Origin: Hyphochytrium catenoides
Taxonomy: Eukaryota; Protista; Hyphochytriomycota
Assembly (NCBI GenBank): GCA_900088475.1
Contig: FLMG01003322.1
Coordinates: 1 to 43,121, forward strand
Length of the DNA: 43,121 nucleotides
Direction: 5' to 3'
The position numbers and the translations under genes are program-made. Below are positions 1 through 9,636 of this stretch, one piece after another (within the stretch, counting starts at the first letter, position 1; each line of letters starts with the position of its first letter). Under the pieces are notes generated by a model. The model was not told the origin of the DNA. It worked only from the letters and a program-made list of their open reading frames with translations, and ran no database searches.

Positions 1-3000
1 CAGCTGCAGATTCTCTACCTTGATGCCTCCCTCAGAGGGCCAAGAAGCAGGTGGAGAGACAGTGACCTCCTTCTTCGCTCCTTCTTTCTCCAGTTTGAAA
101 TACTCAAAGATCCTCTCCGTGGACGTCATGCTATTTTCTAACATGATCGCGCACCGGACGGTCCACTGAAGCATTCCCGTCAAATGCAACGAGTAGGTCA
201 GCGCCAGCCCAGCAATTCCAGGGTCCACAGAGCCTCTGAAGCCCACTGCAAACATTGCCACCGCCAGGACCAGAAGGGCACTAAGCAGGTCCAGTCTGTA
301 GGCGAGCCATCTGCTCGACATCCAGTATACAAAGTAATTCTTCACGTTAACGTTGACTGCTTCCCTGTTCTTGTGAGAGAACTGCTCCTCCATGTTATAC
401 GCCCTAATGGTCATTAGTCCGTTGAGAGTCTCGTTGAATGAAGAGTAGATCGGAGAACGAGAAATGCTCTCGAGTCTTTTCAGCTCTCTACTGCTCTGCC
501 GGAAGTACTTGTCGACGAAGAAGAAAGCTACGGCCATGGGGATGATGACAAGGAGGATGTAGGGAGAAGTAAAGCAGCAGAGAAGGAGGATAATGATGAT
601 TTCGATGGTGTTTACCAGCAGCATCGACATCAAGTCGGGAAGAAAGGCATCAACCTGATCAAGGTCCCTCGAGAAGCGATTGACAATTCTACCAAGAGGT
701 GTGATGTCAAGGAAGGTAGTGACTGGAGCTCGGATGACTGCGGCGAACACTGTGTGATGGATCTGATAAGAAATGCTCAGGGTCACATAAATAAGGAGAA
801 AGGACCGGAAGAGCGTGAAGAGCGCTGTCCCAACACCTAACACGCAGTAGACCCAGATATAAAAGGTCTGAGACCGATCGAACTCGTCACTGCCCCAAGC
901 AGAGAGCCACCAGTCAGAGAAAGAGAGTACCGCCTGAGTTGCGATGAAGCCAAAGAGAACGAGGAAAGCAAGGACGAACCCCCAGCTTCCAAGAGCAGCA
1001 AAGTACTCCTTGTAAACTCGGCCCTCCACAGCACCTTCCCTTCTCTCTTCCTCCACCATCAGTTCACCTCGCTTGTTTGTTACCGTCGTCATCATCTGAG
1101 ACTCCCTGGCCTCCGACGGGAGCGGGTCTTTTCTCTCACCTTCCACACCACCTCCTGTTGCTCCGTCTTGGCCCTGTGCCTCTTCTTCCTCTTCCTCATC
1201 TGCCACATTGAAGTACTTTGGAAATGAAGAAGCCAGATCAGCAGGAGCTCCTTGGCCTACAACCTGCCCATTCTCGACGATAACAACCTGGTCAAAGTGC
1301 TTTAGGAAGTGGTAGTGAGAGTTGAGCACCAACACACGAGTCCGGTCCTTGCAAAAGCTCAAGATAGCGTTATCCAGTATCAGCTTGGCTGTCCGAGCGT
1401 CTACAGCAGAGAGAGGATCGTCCATCACAAGGATATCAGCATCCGGTGAGTAGATAGCTCGTGCAAGAGACACGCGTGCCTTTTGACCCCCGGAGAGATT
1501 GATGCCTCTCTCTCCTATCTCAGTAGCATCCCCAGCAGGCAGGATAGAGAGATCGTGAGAGAGTTCACACACTTGGACAACCTTTTTATAGCGAGAACGG
1601 TTGTACGAAGACTCAAAGAGGATGTTGTCTCTCAATGACTTGTGCTGGATCCACGGCTGCTGAGCTGCGTAGGCTACCTTTCCTTTCAGCAGTCTGGAGC
1701 CTGAGAGCTGATGCATCTGTCCCAAGACAGCAGACAAAAGAGAGCTCTTTCCGCTGCCGACTGGGCCCACAATACCTACCAGGGTCTTCGGTCTGATGTG
1801 CAGATTGACCTCGCTCAGGACAGGGCGTATGCTGCTTTCCTCTCTTTCTCCCTCTTCCCCATGGGCCTCAATAGTCACCCTTGTCATACCTACAAGCTCC
1901 TTCTCGGTGTGCTTCTCGTCCTGTTCGTCTTTCCTGTTCTTTTTCTTTTCTTGTCCGCTGCCCTCTTGACCAGAGGTGGCTTTGGGGTGAGTCCACGAGA
2001 ACGAAGCACCCACGACGTTGATCGCCCCTACATCTGCTCGTCTTCCATCTTTGCTCTCCTCTTCATTGTGAGGGTCAATTTCTTCTAAGAGGAAGAACTT
2101 CTGAAGACGATCTGAAGCCACCTTCGCCTCCATGATGGAGGCTAAAGTATGTGGTAAGAGGTTTAGAGGCAAACGGACGAGGTTGATGAACGCCATCGTA
2201 GTGAAAACCTTCGTGACAGTCAGCTCATTGCCTGCTGCGGCATACACAGCGAAAGTACTGCCAAGTACCATGACAGGGGAGAGAAGCATCAGGACCTGGT
2301 TGAATGCCTTCGTATAGCCCAGCTTCTTGTAGAAATGGATCTCTTTCTTTCTAGAGTTCTCCACTTTCTCCTCCATTGGCTTCTCCCAGGCGTTAAACTT
2401 CAGAACTCTGACTCCTTGTAAGCAGTCCGTAATAAGCTTCACTCTGTCCTGAGTGTGAATCACCGTCCTTTCCCTTGCTTTGCCTATGAGCTTGGCCACA
2501 TAGGCTTGTATAACGAGGAAGAAGAACATCACTCCTACGCCAGCAAAGGCCGCCACGCCGATATAGTTGACCAGCAGTCCCATTCCAATGGTGAGCATCA
2601 CGGGGGCAGCCCAGATCCAGTGGAACGACATGAACGCTTGGAAGAGACGCTCTGCATCCACGCTCATCAGGGTAACAATCTCCCCAGTTGTACTTCCTTG
2701 CTTCGCGGATGCGGAGAGCACCAGTGCCTTCCTAAAGACTGTATCCATACAAGCGTTCCTAACATTGAGCCCAACTTTGATGGCAAGGTTGGAATGGATA
2801 CTCATCACTGTCACAGAGAGGAGAGAAACAGCACCGAGGAAGGCGGCGTAATAGTACCCAGATCCTACGCCAAGAGGATCGGTAGGCTCCTCTGTGATGT
2901 AACCCACAAGGGCTTCTACGAGGTAAGGAGTGAGCATCTCAAGAGCAACGTAGACGCCTAGACTGACTCCTGAGGCGATGAACCAACTCAGAATGAGACG

Positions 3001-3372
3001 AAGGAGGGCACGGGGAAGCGGGTACCTGCCCCCCGCGTCCAATGCCTTCTCCCACAGAGGAGCGAACTGCTCTGCACAGCGATAGATGTCATGGTCGGCA
3101 GGCACCGCCCAGATATCTTCAGCAGTCAGTGGTCTTTGTGAGCCCAAATGAAGCAGCGAGTTCAGCCACCAGATGGTGGCTCTTGATATTAAGGTAGCTC
3201 GATCGTATGGATTCTTCTCCGTCGGCGGAGGATGCCGACTTGTGCGCTTCATCTCATCGGTCTCTGGGAGTGCAGATCCACCAGGGCTCAGCACATGGAC
3301 GAACGGAGCCTCATCACCCTTGCCTCCTTCACCTTTACTAGGCGAGGGCAAATGCACCGGAGATGCGGGCAT
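1..3372 (-). CDS. ABCC/MRP-family ABC transporter (short type without TMD0; TMD1-NBD1-TMD2 in window, NBD2 beyond the window edge)
   Basis: Minus-strand frame from ATG at 3372 (MPASPVHLP...NPYDRATLISRATIWWLNSLLHLGSQRPLTAEDIW) stays in register to base 1, with no stop seen in the segments translated. Contains Walker A (VGIVGPVGSGKSSLLSAVLG), signature EIGERGINLSGGQKARVSLARA, Walker B (ILVMDDPLSAVD), TPLGRIVNRFSRDLDQVD and the WPSEG motif that precedes NBD2. Probably missing from the ORF track because it has no stop in the window. Confidence 0.95.
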   Translation of the reverse strand, partial: MPASPVHLPSPSKGEGGKGDEAPFVHVLSPGGSALPETDEMKRTSRHPPPTEKNPYDRATLISRATIWWLNSLLHLGSQRPLTAEDIWAVPADHDIYRCAEQFAPLWEKALDAGGRYPLPRALLRLILSWFIASGVSLGVYVALEMLTPYLVEALVGYITEEPTDPLGVGSGYYYAAFLGAVSLLSVTVMSIHSNLAIKVGLNVRNACMDTVFRKALVLSASAKQGSTTGEIVTLMSVDAERLFQAFMSFHWIWAAPVMLTIGMGLLVNYIGVAAFAGVGVMFFFLVIQAYVAKLIGKARERTVIHTQDRVKLITDCLQGVRVLKFNAWEKPMEEKVENSRKKEIHFYKKLGYTKAFNQVLMLLSPVMVLGSTFAVYAAAGNELTVTKVFTTMAFINLVRLPLNLLPHTLASIMEAKVASDRLQKFFLLEEIDPHNEEESKDGRRADVGAINVVGASFSWTHPKATSGQEGSGQEKKKNRKDEQDEKHTEKELVGMTRVTIEAHGEEGEREESSIRPVLSEVNLHIRPKTLVGIVGPVGSGKSSLLSAVLGQMHQLSGSRLLKGKVAYAAQQPWIQHKSLRDNILFESSYNRSRYKKVVQVCELSHDLSILPAGDATEIGERGINLSGGQKARVSLARAIYSPDADILVMDDPLSAVDARTAKLILDNAILSFCKDRTRVLVLNSHYHFLKHFDQVVIVENGQVVGQGAPADLASSFPKYFNVADEEEEEEAQGQDGATGGGVEGERKDPLPSEARESQMMTTVTNKRGELMVEEERREGAVEGRVYKEYFAALGSWGFVLAFLVLFGFIATQAVLSFSDWWLSAWGSDEFDRSQTFYIWVYCVLGVGTALFTLFRSFLLIYVTLSISYQIHHTVFAAVIRAPVTTFLDITPLGRIVNRFSRDLDQVDAFLPDLMSMLLVNTIEIIIILLLCCFTSPYILLVIIPMAVAFFFVDKYFRQSSRELKRLESISRSPIYSSFNETLNGLMTIRAYNMEEQFSHKNREAVNVNVKNYFVYWMSSRWLAYRLDLLSALLVLAVAMFAVGFRGSVDPGIAGLALTYSLHLTGMLQWTVRCAIMLENSMTSTERIFEYFKLEKEGAKKEVTVSPPASWPSEGGIKVENLQL

Positions 3373-3717
3373 TATAGAGCACTACAATGAACCTTGAAAC
3401 CTTGGCACTTTACAGTCTGCGAGTAGGCAAACCCTCCCTTAGAGCGCCTAAGTGGATGCCTTTGCAGCTGTCCCCAATGACGGTGAAAGCTGTCGAGCTT
3501 TTGCCTTACTGTGTTCTTTCTACAAAGCTTATCCCCGAGTTGCCCAATTGCTAAATAGTCTATCTTCTCTGTCAGGACCAGGTTTAATAAGCGTTAAGCC
3601 TGTACCAGCTCTCAGTCCTCGCTCTTCTAGTGTCGTTGCCTCTCCTTGTCTAGGAATGAGATTGAGCGGTGAGGAACTGGTAGCATAGAAGCAACCCATC
3701 TGCTGCTCTTGCTCTGT

Positions 3718-3838
3718 GTGTTCGACATGCTGACAAAGAAGGGTTAGGTGTTAGACACGCTGTAGATAGAGAAGAGCTGGTGTTAGACACCCTGACAAAG
3801 GGAGAGCTGGGTGTTAGACATGCTGACAAAGGAGAAGC
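3718..3838. repeat. Four degenerate ~31-bp tandem repeats, core GTGTTAGACAYGCTGACAAAG
   Basis: Units start at 3718, 3748, 3780 and 3811. Confidence 0.85.
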
Positions 3839-5175
3839 CACACTTGTCTTACTGCATCTTCACACAGAAGGAGCAGCGTCTGGGCGTGTCTGCACTATAC
3901 TACCCTTCGGTTGCTGCTATTATTGGGAAGGGGAAAGGGGGGGGAAGAGGATCTCTGCAACTAGTTCTAGAACTAGTGCTCCTACACCTGCTCTCCGTAC
4001 CAGAGATTGCAGTGGGACTATTCTTCTCTAGGGCCAGTCTTAGACAGCAAAATATAGGTGTAACCCACAGATGTATAAAGCGGCAGATGCAACGACTGTC
4101 ATGTCCTTTCACTATTCACTACTATACTAAAAGAACAGGCTTGTGGTCTGTGGCAAGTTCACAAATTTGCTTTATTGTTATCGCTGAAGAAAGGGGTATC
4201 TTAGACACAGGATCGTTCCAGCCGTCACCCAAGTACTACCCTGGACCTGCACCTGCAAAACAGTAGTTCCTAGCATCTGCAGTATCAAAATGCTAATGAT
4301 GATGCTGGCAAAGAGCCAGGCTTTACTCTGGCTGTTCAAGAACACCAGCTTGGAATCTTAAATATTTTATGCTCCAGTACGATGATCCTTCAATCTCTAG
4401 CCAGGAGCCTGCTCATTACTCCTGGTAGAGCTGCTGGTAGCCCAGTAGTTCTAGGAGAAGCCTCCGTCGAAGCCGCCAACAAAACAACGAGGCCAAGGAG
4501 GTTTCTGGGCTTGTCGTAGAACAAAGGTCCTCCAAGCCGAGCCTAGACGTTGGACAACCCTTCCGGAATATAATAATGCCACTACCATCACCACGATTTT
4601 GGTGGGAAGAGATACACGTTGCAGCTGGCAGAATGTGTATGCTCTATCAGCCAGGCCTAACCATTGCCTGTACCATGTTTATTATCAGGGGAGGGCCAAC
4701 ACCAAATGCGACAGGACCAGTATAAGACAAGCTAGAACTGCAGCAGGCACCGCTGTGCGGAGAGCCTGGCGCTCTCACGTGGCACATTCCTGTTCCTCTC
4801 AGCACTTTACTTCCTACTACTAACTGTCGTCTGGACCAAAATGTAGTTCTACCGGTCGGTAGATCCGGGCAGAAAATAGATCGTGGTGTTGATTGTATGA
4901 AGACTTTTAGAAAAAGGATGTGAACTCGAGAACTATGGACTACAAGTTCTACATAGAACTGCAGAAGTAGTTCTACTGTTGAAGAAGGGTAGTGTAACCT
5001 GGTCTATCGCTGGCTTCCAGTTCATCATCTACAACGGCACGAAGCTACGGTGGGTTTCAGTCTCCAGAAGAGCATCTTGCCCCCAGTCCAATTAGCATCA
5101 GTGCTGCACGACTAGGATGTGTTAGGACTGTGAGTTGTATCCAGTATAGGGTGCCTGGTCACTCCAGTCTAGTAT

Positions 5176-5255
5176 GGATATTTGGTGCAATGTCTTCGTG
5201 ATAGCACGCTTGGTTGATCAGTCATGAGATCCAGGTTCAAGTCCTGGAATATCCT
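5176..5255 (+). tRNA. Atypical tRNA-like gene (tRNA-Gln-like scaffold; no assignable canonical anticodon)
   Basis: GGATATT-TG-GTGC-[AATGTCTTCGTGATA]-GCAC-G-CTTGG-[TTGATCAG]-TCATG-AGAT-CCAGG-TTCAAGT-CCTGG-AATATCC-T. Perfect acceptor (7 bp), D (4 bp) and T (5 bp) stems, B-box GGTTCAAGTCC, and a T4 tract at 5260-5263. Confidence 0.7.
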
Positions 5256-5951
5256 TTACTTTTCCACTGAACTCTAAGAGCGATTTCCTTTCAGGATGAC
5301 CAGAACTGGGCGCTGTAGTTCCTTTACAATTACTTAGCTCACAGACGCTGCTGAAGGTAAGCACGCCGGTGAACACCAAGTGCGTGGCGGACCCGGTGGC
5401 TGGTCCGCTGGAGGTGAAGAGTCGGCGAGAGCTCGCTCTGCAGAGTCTACACTAGCGTCTTCAATCTCTTGAATTGACTGAGATCTATAAATAAAGCATC
5501 GCTGATGATCCGCTGTAATCTTCGTAATTCCTGCTCCTCGATCTTCGCTTATTAGAGTACTGAAAGATTCTTTCCCCTACGTGTTGTCAAGAGAAGCGAC
5601 TCTTCTACTTTATTATTAGTGGGCACTTCTTCTCTTTCTCTCTTATGTTCTTTCTTCTCTCTCCTCGCTGTCTCTTATTCCTTTCCTCTCGCTTACTTTT
5701 GTTATTCTCCCCTTTTGTTTTGGCATGCTACGACGTGTAGCTTATCTTCCAGGCTCGGTCATTCTTTGGCTAACCCTTGGTAGCTTGCTCTGTGCAGAAG
5801 ATAAATCTTCTATCAACAACTGTCATGTGATGTCGTTGTTCCGTCGCGCTCTCGCACTTGTTCCCCTTTCATGATATCCTTGCCTCCTGCTGTTTGGCTC
5901 TCCCTCTCGTTTTCTCCTGTTTCAATGTCTCCATAACTCCCTCTCTTCCTG

Positions 5952-5985
<34 letters not shown>

Positions 5986-6472
5986 TACACCCTCTCTTCT
6001 AATTATCTAGTTTTTTAAGTCTGTTCCGTCTCGCTTTATTTTTGCTCCTCTCTTGATCTCATTCTCTTCACATCCATCTCCTTGCTCTGTTCTCTCGTCC
6101 GCCCTCTTCTTGTTGTCTTCTTAGGCTATTATCCGGCGTCGCTTTCGTGTTTCTCTCATATATCTTATAGCTATATCTTATAGCTTATAGCTCTATCATT
6201 TGCCCTGTTAGTCTTCTACCGGCAGTTCGATGGAGTTTTGTTCTTCACTCTCTTTACTTCGGTCGTCAACATTGCTCTTGGCATCAGTAGTAGGGTCACG
6301 AGCTCTTCTCCTTCAGCCCCTCTGGTGCATCAGCATTGTCCTGTTATAGTTGTACTCCCTGCTGGTCCTGCTGCTTTCCGTCCTATCTGTGCCTCTTCGC
6401 TCTTCTTTCACTTTCTCTCTTTGATCTCTCCTCCGCCCTCCATATATAAAACGCCTTCACACGAGAATCTCT

Positions 6473-6718
6473 ATGGCGATTCTTGAAGAAAATGCGCCCC
6501 AGATTCTGAAGCTTATTCCTCTTGAGCAGTTTGACCCTTCGCTTGTTGATTGCCTCGCGGCGGTCGAGCTTGATGGTGATGACATTATTGTGGTTGGTGG
6601 TTCACCTCCTCCTCCTTCTTCTCCCCTTATAATCACTGAGGATATCAATCATGATTCTTCCTTTACTGATGATGAGCGTGGAGGTGATCGAGCAGAGGCC
6701 GAGATCAAGGCGTTATAG
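6473..6718 (+). CDS. Putative small acidic protein (81 aa), function unknown
   Basis: ATG-started ORF with coding-like codon pattern inside low-complexity pyrimidine-rich DNA. TATATAAA at 6443-6450. No homology recognised. Confidence 0.35.
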   Translation: MAILEENAPQILKLIPLEQFDPSLVDCLAAVELDGDDIIVVGGSPPPPSSPLIITEDINHDSSFTDDERGGDRAEAEIKAL

Positions 6719-6993
6719 CTTTTCCTCTCTTCTCTCTTCTTTTTCTTCTCCTCCTTCTTCTTCTCTTCCTTCTTTTCTTCTTCTACCTCTTTTACTTCTT
6801 CTTCCACTTCTTCTCCTCCTTCTCCTTCTCTTCCTTCTTCTTCTCTTCTTCTACCTCTTTTACTTCTTCTTTCTCTTCTTCTTCTTCTCCTTCTTCTTTC
6901 TTCTCCTCCTTCTTTTCTTCTTCTTCCTCTTCTTCGTCTTCTCCTTCTTCTTCTCTCCCTTCTTTTCTTCTTCTTCTTCTTTACTTCTTCTTA
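6719..6993. repeat. Degenerate (TTC)n polypyrimidine tract
   Basis: About 275 bp that is almost entirely C/T. Confidence 0.95.
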
Positions 6994-7881
6994 GTTAGAG
7001 AGTCTGATTGATATGTCAAATAAGAAGAAAAAAAAACCTTCTTCTCCAAAACATATAACACAAAAAAAAAGTATATAATGTGCTCTGCGTCAGCTCTTCG
7101 TCCCCGCTTCTGTTTATCATTTCCCATTCTTTTCTTTTTTCTTCTCTCTTTCTTCTCTCGTTTCTCTTCTTCTCACCAGCCGTCGTCGTACGGCTACTCT
7201 TCTACTACTTTCTCGCAGCGACGTTCTCTTAACTTTTGAAGCAAGGCGAGGAAAACTTAGGAAAGAAAGAAGAGGAAAAAAGAAAAGAAAGACGGGGAAG
7301 CAGCAGGAGGAGTCACAGGGAAAAAGAGTGAAGCGGAGGGACCTAGTAGTTCCCTACTATTATCGGAAGAGACGAAGAAGGCAGCGAAGGCCGAATATAA
7401 TGAGTGAACAGGGAAGAAGAGGATGATGAACTAATAATAAGGCCGACTTATAGACGAGCGGGAAGAAGAAAAGGAGATACGGAAAACAAGTTCAACGCCT
7501 ACAAAGCCGGTAACTGATACACAAGATGGGTCTTTAACACTTCAAGAGTAAGCTATGAACTGCATGTTTAAAGACACTTACCATGCCGTCACTGGAGCGG
7601 CAAAGGAATTAGAGATCCAGAGACAGGAGTGCGGAGACACTGCGGAATCTTCATCAGTGCGCGGGGCCGCAGCATCTCCTCCGCAGCCCCCAGCAGTCCC
7701 ACTCCGACTGCTCCCTTGAAGGTTGATTGAACAGGAGAACGAAGGCTGATTGGCCTCATAAGAAGCGAGGAAAGCCTCAGGAGGGGTTTGGCAGGAGTGG
7801 TGGACGGCTGAACGGGTGCTGCTTCTTCTTCTGTGGTATCCCAGAAAGCCGGGGTGGGCTGTACGTCGCCTGAGGAGAGCT

Positions 7882-9636
7882 ATGTCCTTTAAGATGGCGC
7901 AATCGCTAAAAAGGCTGCTACTTACTGGCGCCCCTGGCTCCCTTCGAAGAGCATGGGGCACGCAGGTTCGTTCGCAAGGCACCTTGGCCCCTTCCGGCTA
8001 CCCGAGAGTCCTCTGGCGTGCTCCTGTCGGAAAGCGTTCCTTGGAGGAGATTTCTTCCTCACGTGAAAAAGAGAACATAATCACGGAAGCAGAGGCCATT
8101 TTGGCTGTTTTTCGTAAGGGCAGACCGAAGCCTAGTGACGAAGACTGTCTCAAAGTGATTAAGAGCTACCTCTATAGAGATATGGCCCAGCACGCGTGGA
8201 GATTTCTTCTAAAGGACATGAGGGAGGCCCAACTCCAGCCCACAGTAGAGCAGTTCAACACCTTGATCAATGGATACTGTGAGCTAAAGCGGCTTGATAA
8301 GGTGAAACACCTAGTCTTCCGATGTATGGCGCAAAAGAAAGTCAAAGCCGACGCACAGACCTGTTCACTCACCATACGCACCTATAGAAGCCGAGGACAA
8401 GCGATGGAAGCGTATAACTTTCTCGTCAACCGCATGGAAAGAGAGCTTGGCGTGAAACCTGAGTTATCCCACTTTATCCAGGTAATAAAAGGCCTGTGCC
8501 ATCAGAGGAATTACCCTAAAGTGATGGAGATTCTCAAGCATGACGTTCCGGCCGCCGGTTTGAAGCTTGACAATCGTCCCCTAGCCGCTGTGGTGGACGC
8601 ACTCAGCCAAACTGGCCGCCTCGAGGAGGCAGAGAGGTTCCTGAAAGAAGAAGTGCCATCCTTTGGAGTAAGCCTCACCGCCCGGGATCATACGCCACTC
8701 ATACGAGCCTATATTGCGCGAGGGGAGCCTCAGAAAGCCGAAAAGCTTCTCTTTGAGTCTCTTCCTTCACAAGGGCACCGGGTTCCGGTGGACGCCGTGG
8801 TGGAGTTACTCAAGGGTTACATAGCAAAGAAGCAATTCTCGGAAGCGGAGAGGCTTGTCCTGCACACTCTTAAGGGAAGAGAGGTCCATGGCCCTCCGAT
8901 AAAGTGCTTCAATGCACTTCTGGAGCTCTACCGTGATGGCAAGCGAGTCACTGATATGGAGCATCTTATCTTTGAGCACCTGCCGTCTGTAGGGTTAGCT
9001 CCTGATCGGCAATCTCTCTCTCTGCTCATTCAAGCATATGTCCTCGTAGACAGAGTAGAAGAAGCCGAGAAGATCCTCCTCGATGAACTTCGCGACCGCC
9101 TCCAACAAGCAGACCACGTAGCTTTCGCCCTCGTACTGGAGGGCTATGCCCGCAGAGGCAACTATGGCAAGGTCTCCCGCCTGCTGAACCACGACATGAA
9201 GATTGCAGGTCTCGAACCCGATCCTGCGGGACTGACTTCACTGTTGAAGGCTTACGTCTTCGCTAAGGACATGGATAAAGCTGAGAAACTTGTCACACAG
9301 ACCTTCCCAAAAGCCAAGATCCGGCCAAGTTTGCGGCAGTTCAATCTCCTGATCCATGGATATATGCAAGAGACTCGCTACGAGGACGCTGAGGACGTCT
9401 TTTCAAAGATTATCCCCAAGTTTGGCTTCCAACCATCGTGGCACAGTGTTGAAGAGCTTTTGCTTGGATATCTTCGAAGTGGAGACGTGCGGAGGGCCCG
9501 CGCGTTCGTTAACAGCACCCTAAGAACGCCTGGGCTGAAGATAAAGGCCCAGTACATCACGCAAGCTGAACAGATTCTTGAAAGGTTGAAGCAGAAGGGG
9601 ATCGTTACGCGTAAAGAGATCTTGGGCGAGCAATGA
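7882..9636 (+). CDS. Pentatricopeptide-repeat-like protein, 13 tandem repeats, probable organellar (mitochondrial) targeting
   Basis: Repeats such as QFNTLINGYCELKRLDKVKHL...VKAD, CFNALLELY...GLAPD and QFNLLIHGY...GFQPS. Arg/Ser/Leu-rich, acid-free N-terminus. First ATG is 7882 (alternative 7894); the track start at 7816 is GTG. Intronless. Confidence 0.92.
   Translation: MSFKMAQSLKRLLLTGAPGSLRRAWGTQVRSQGTLAPSGYPRVLWRAPVGKRSLEEISSSREKENIITEAEAILAVFRKGRPKPSDEDCLKVIKSYLYRDMAQHAWRFLLKDMREAQLQPTVEQFNTLINGYCELKRLDKVKHLVFRCMAQKKVKADAQTCSLTIRTYRSRGQAMEAYNFLVNRMERELGVKPELSHFIQVIKGLCHQRNYPKVMEILKHDVPAAGLKLDNRPLAAVVDALSQTGRLEEAERFLKEEVPSFGVSLTARDHTPLIRAYIARGEPQKAEKLLFESLPSQGHRVPVDAVVELLKGYIAKKQFSEAERLVLHTLKGREVHGPPIKCFNALLELYRDGKRVTDMEHLIFEHLPSVGLAPDRQSLSLLIQAYVLVDRVEEAEKILLDELRDRLQQADHVAFALVLEGYARRGNYGKVSRLLNHDMKIAGLEPDPAGLTSLLKAYVFAKDMDKAEKLVTQTFPKAKIRPSLRQFNLLIHGYMQETRYEDAEDVFSKIIPKFGFQPSWHSVEELLLGYLRSGDVRRARAFVNSTLRTPGLKIKAQYITQAEQILERLKQKGIVTRKEILGEQ

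Noticed and set aside
184-3397. Plus-strand ORFs over 184-3397
   Set aside because: Antisense shadows of the ABCC CDS.
3718-3838. CRISPR-like reading of the 31-bp repeats
   Set aside because: Linkers are only about 10 nt and similar to each other; no cas genes; eukaryotic context.
4314-4426. Two short hairpins (AGCCAG/CTGGCT; CCAGGAG/CTCCTGG)
   Set aside because: Stems of 6-7 bp without H/ACA or other supporting motifs.
5218-5220. TCA read as a selenocysteine or opal-suppressor anticodon in the tRNA-like gene
   Set aside because: Not preceded by U33, off-centre in the loop, and no long variable arm.
5249-5257. ATATCCTTT U12-type donor consensus (also GTATCCTTT near 12288)
   Set aside because: The first is the 3' acceptor strand of the tRNA-like gene; the second is antisense to the DHHC gene.
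5503-5563. Box C/D-like pair TGATGA...CTGA (also about 7423-7517)
   Set aside because: No recognisable rRNA-complementary guide and weak terminal stems; compatible with chance.
6651-6998. Poly-Phe/Leu 115-aa ORF
   Set aside because: Translation of the (TTC)n tract.
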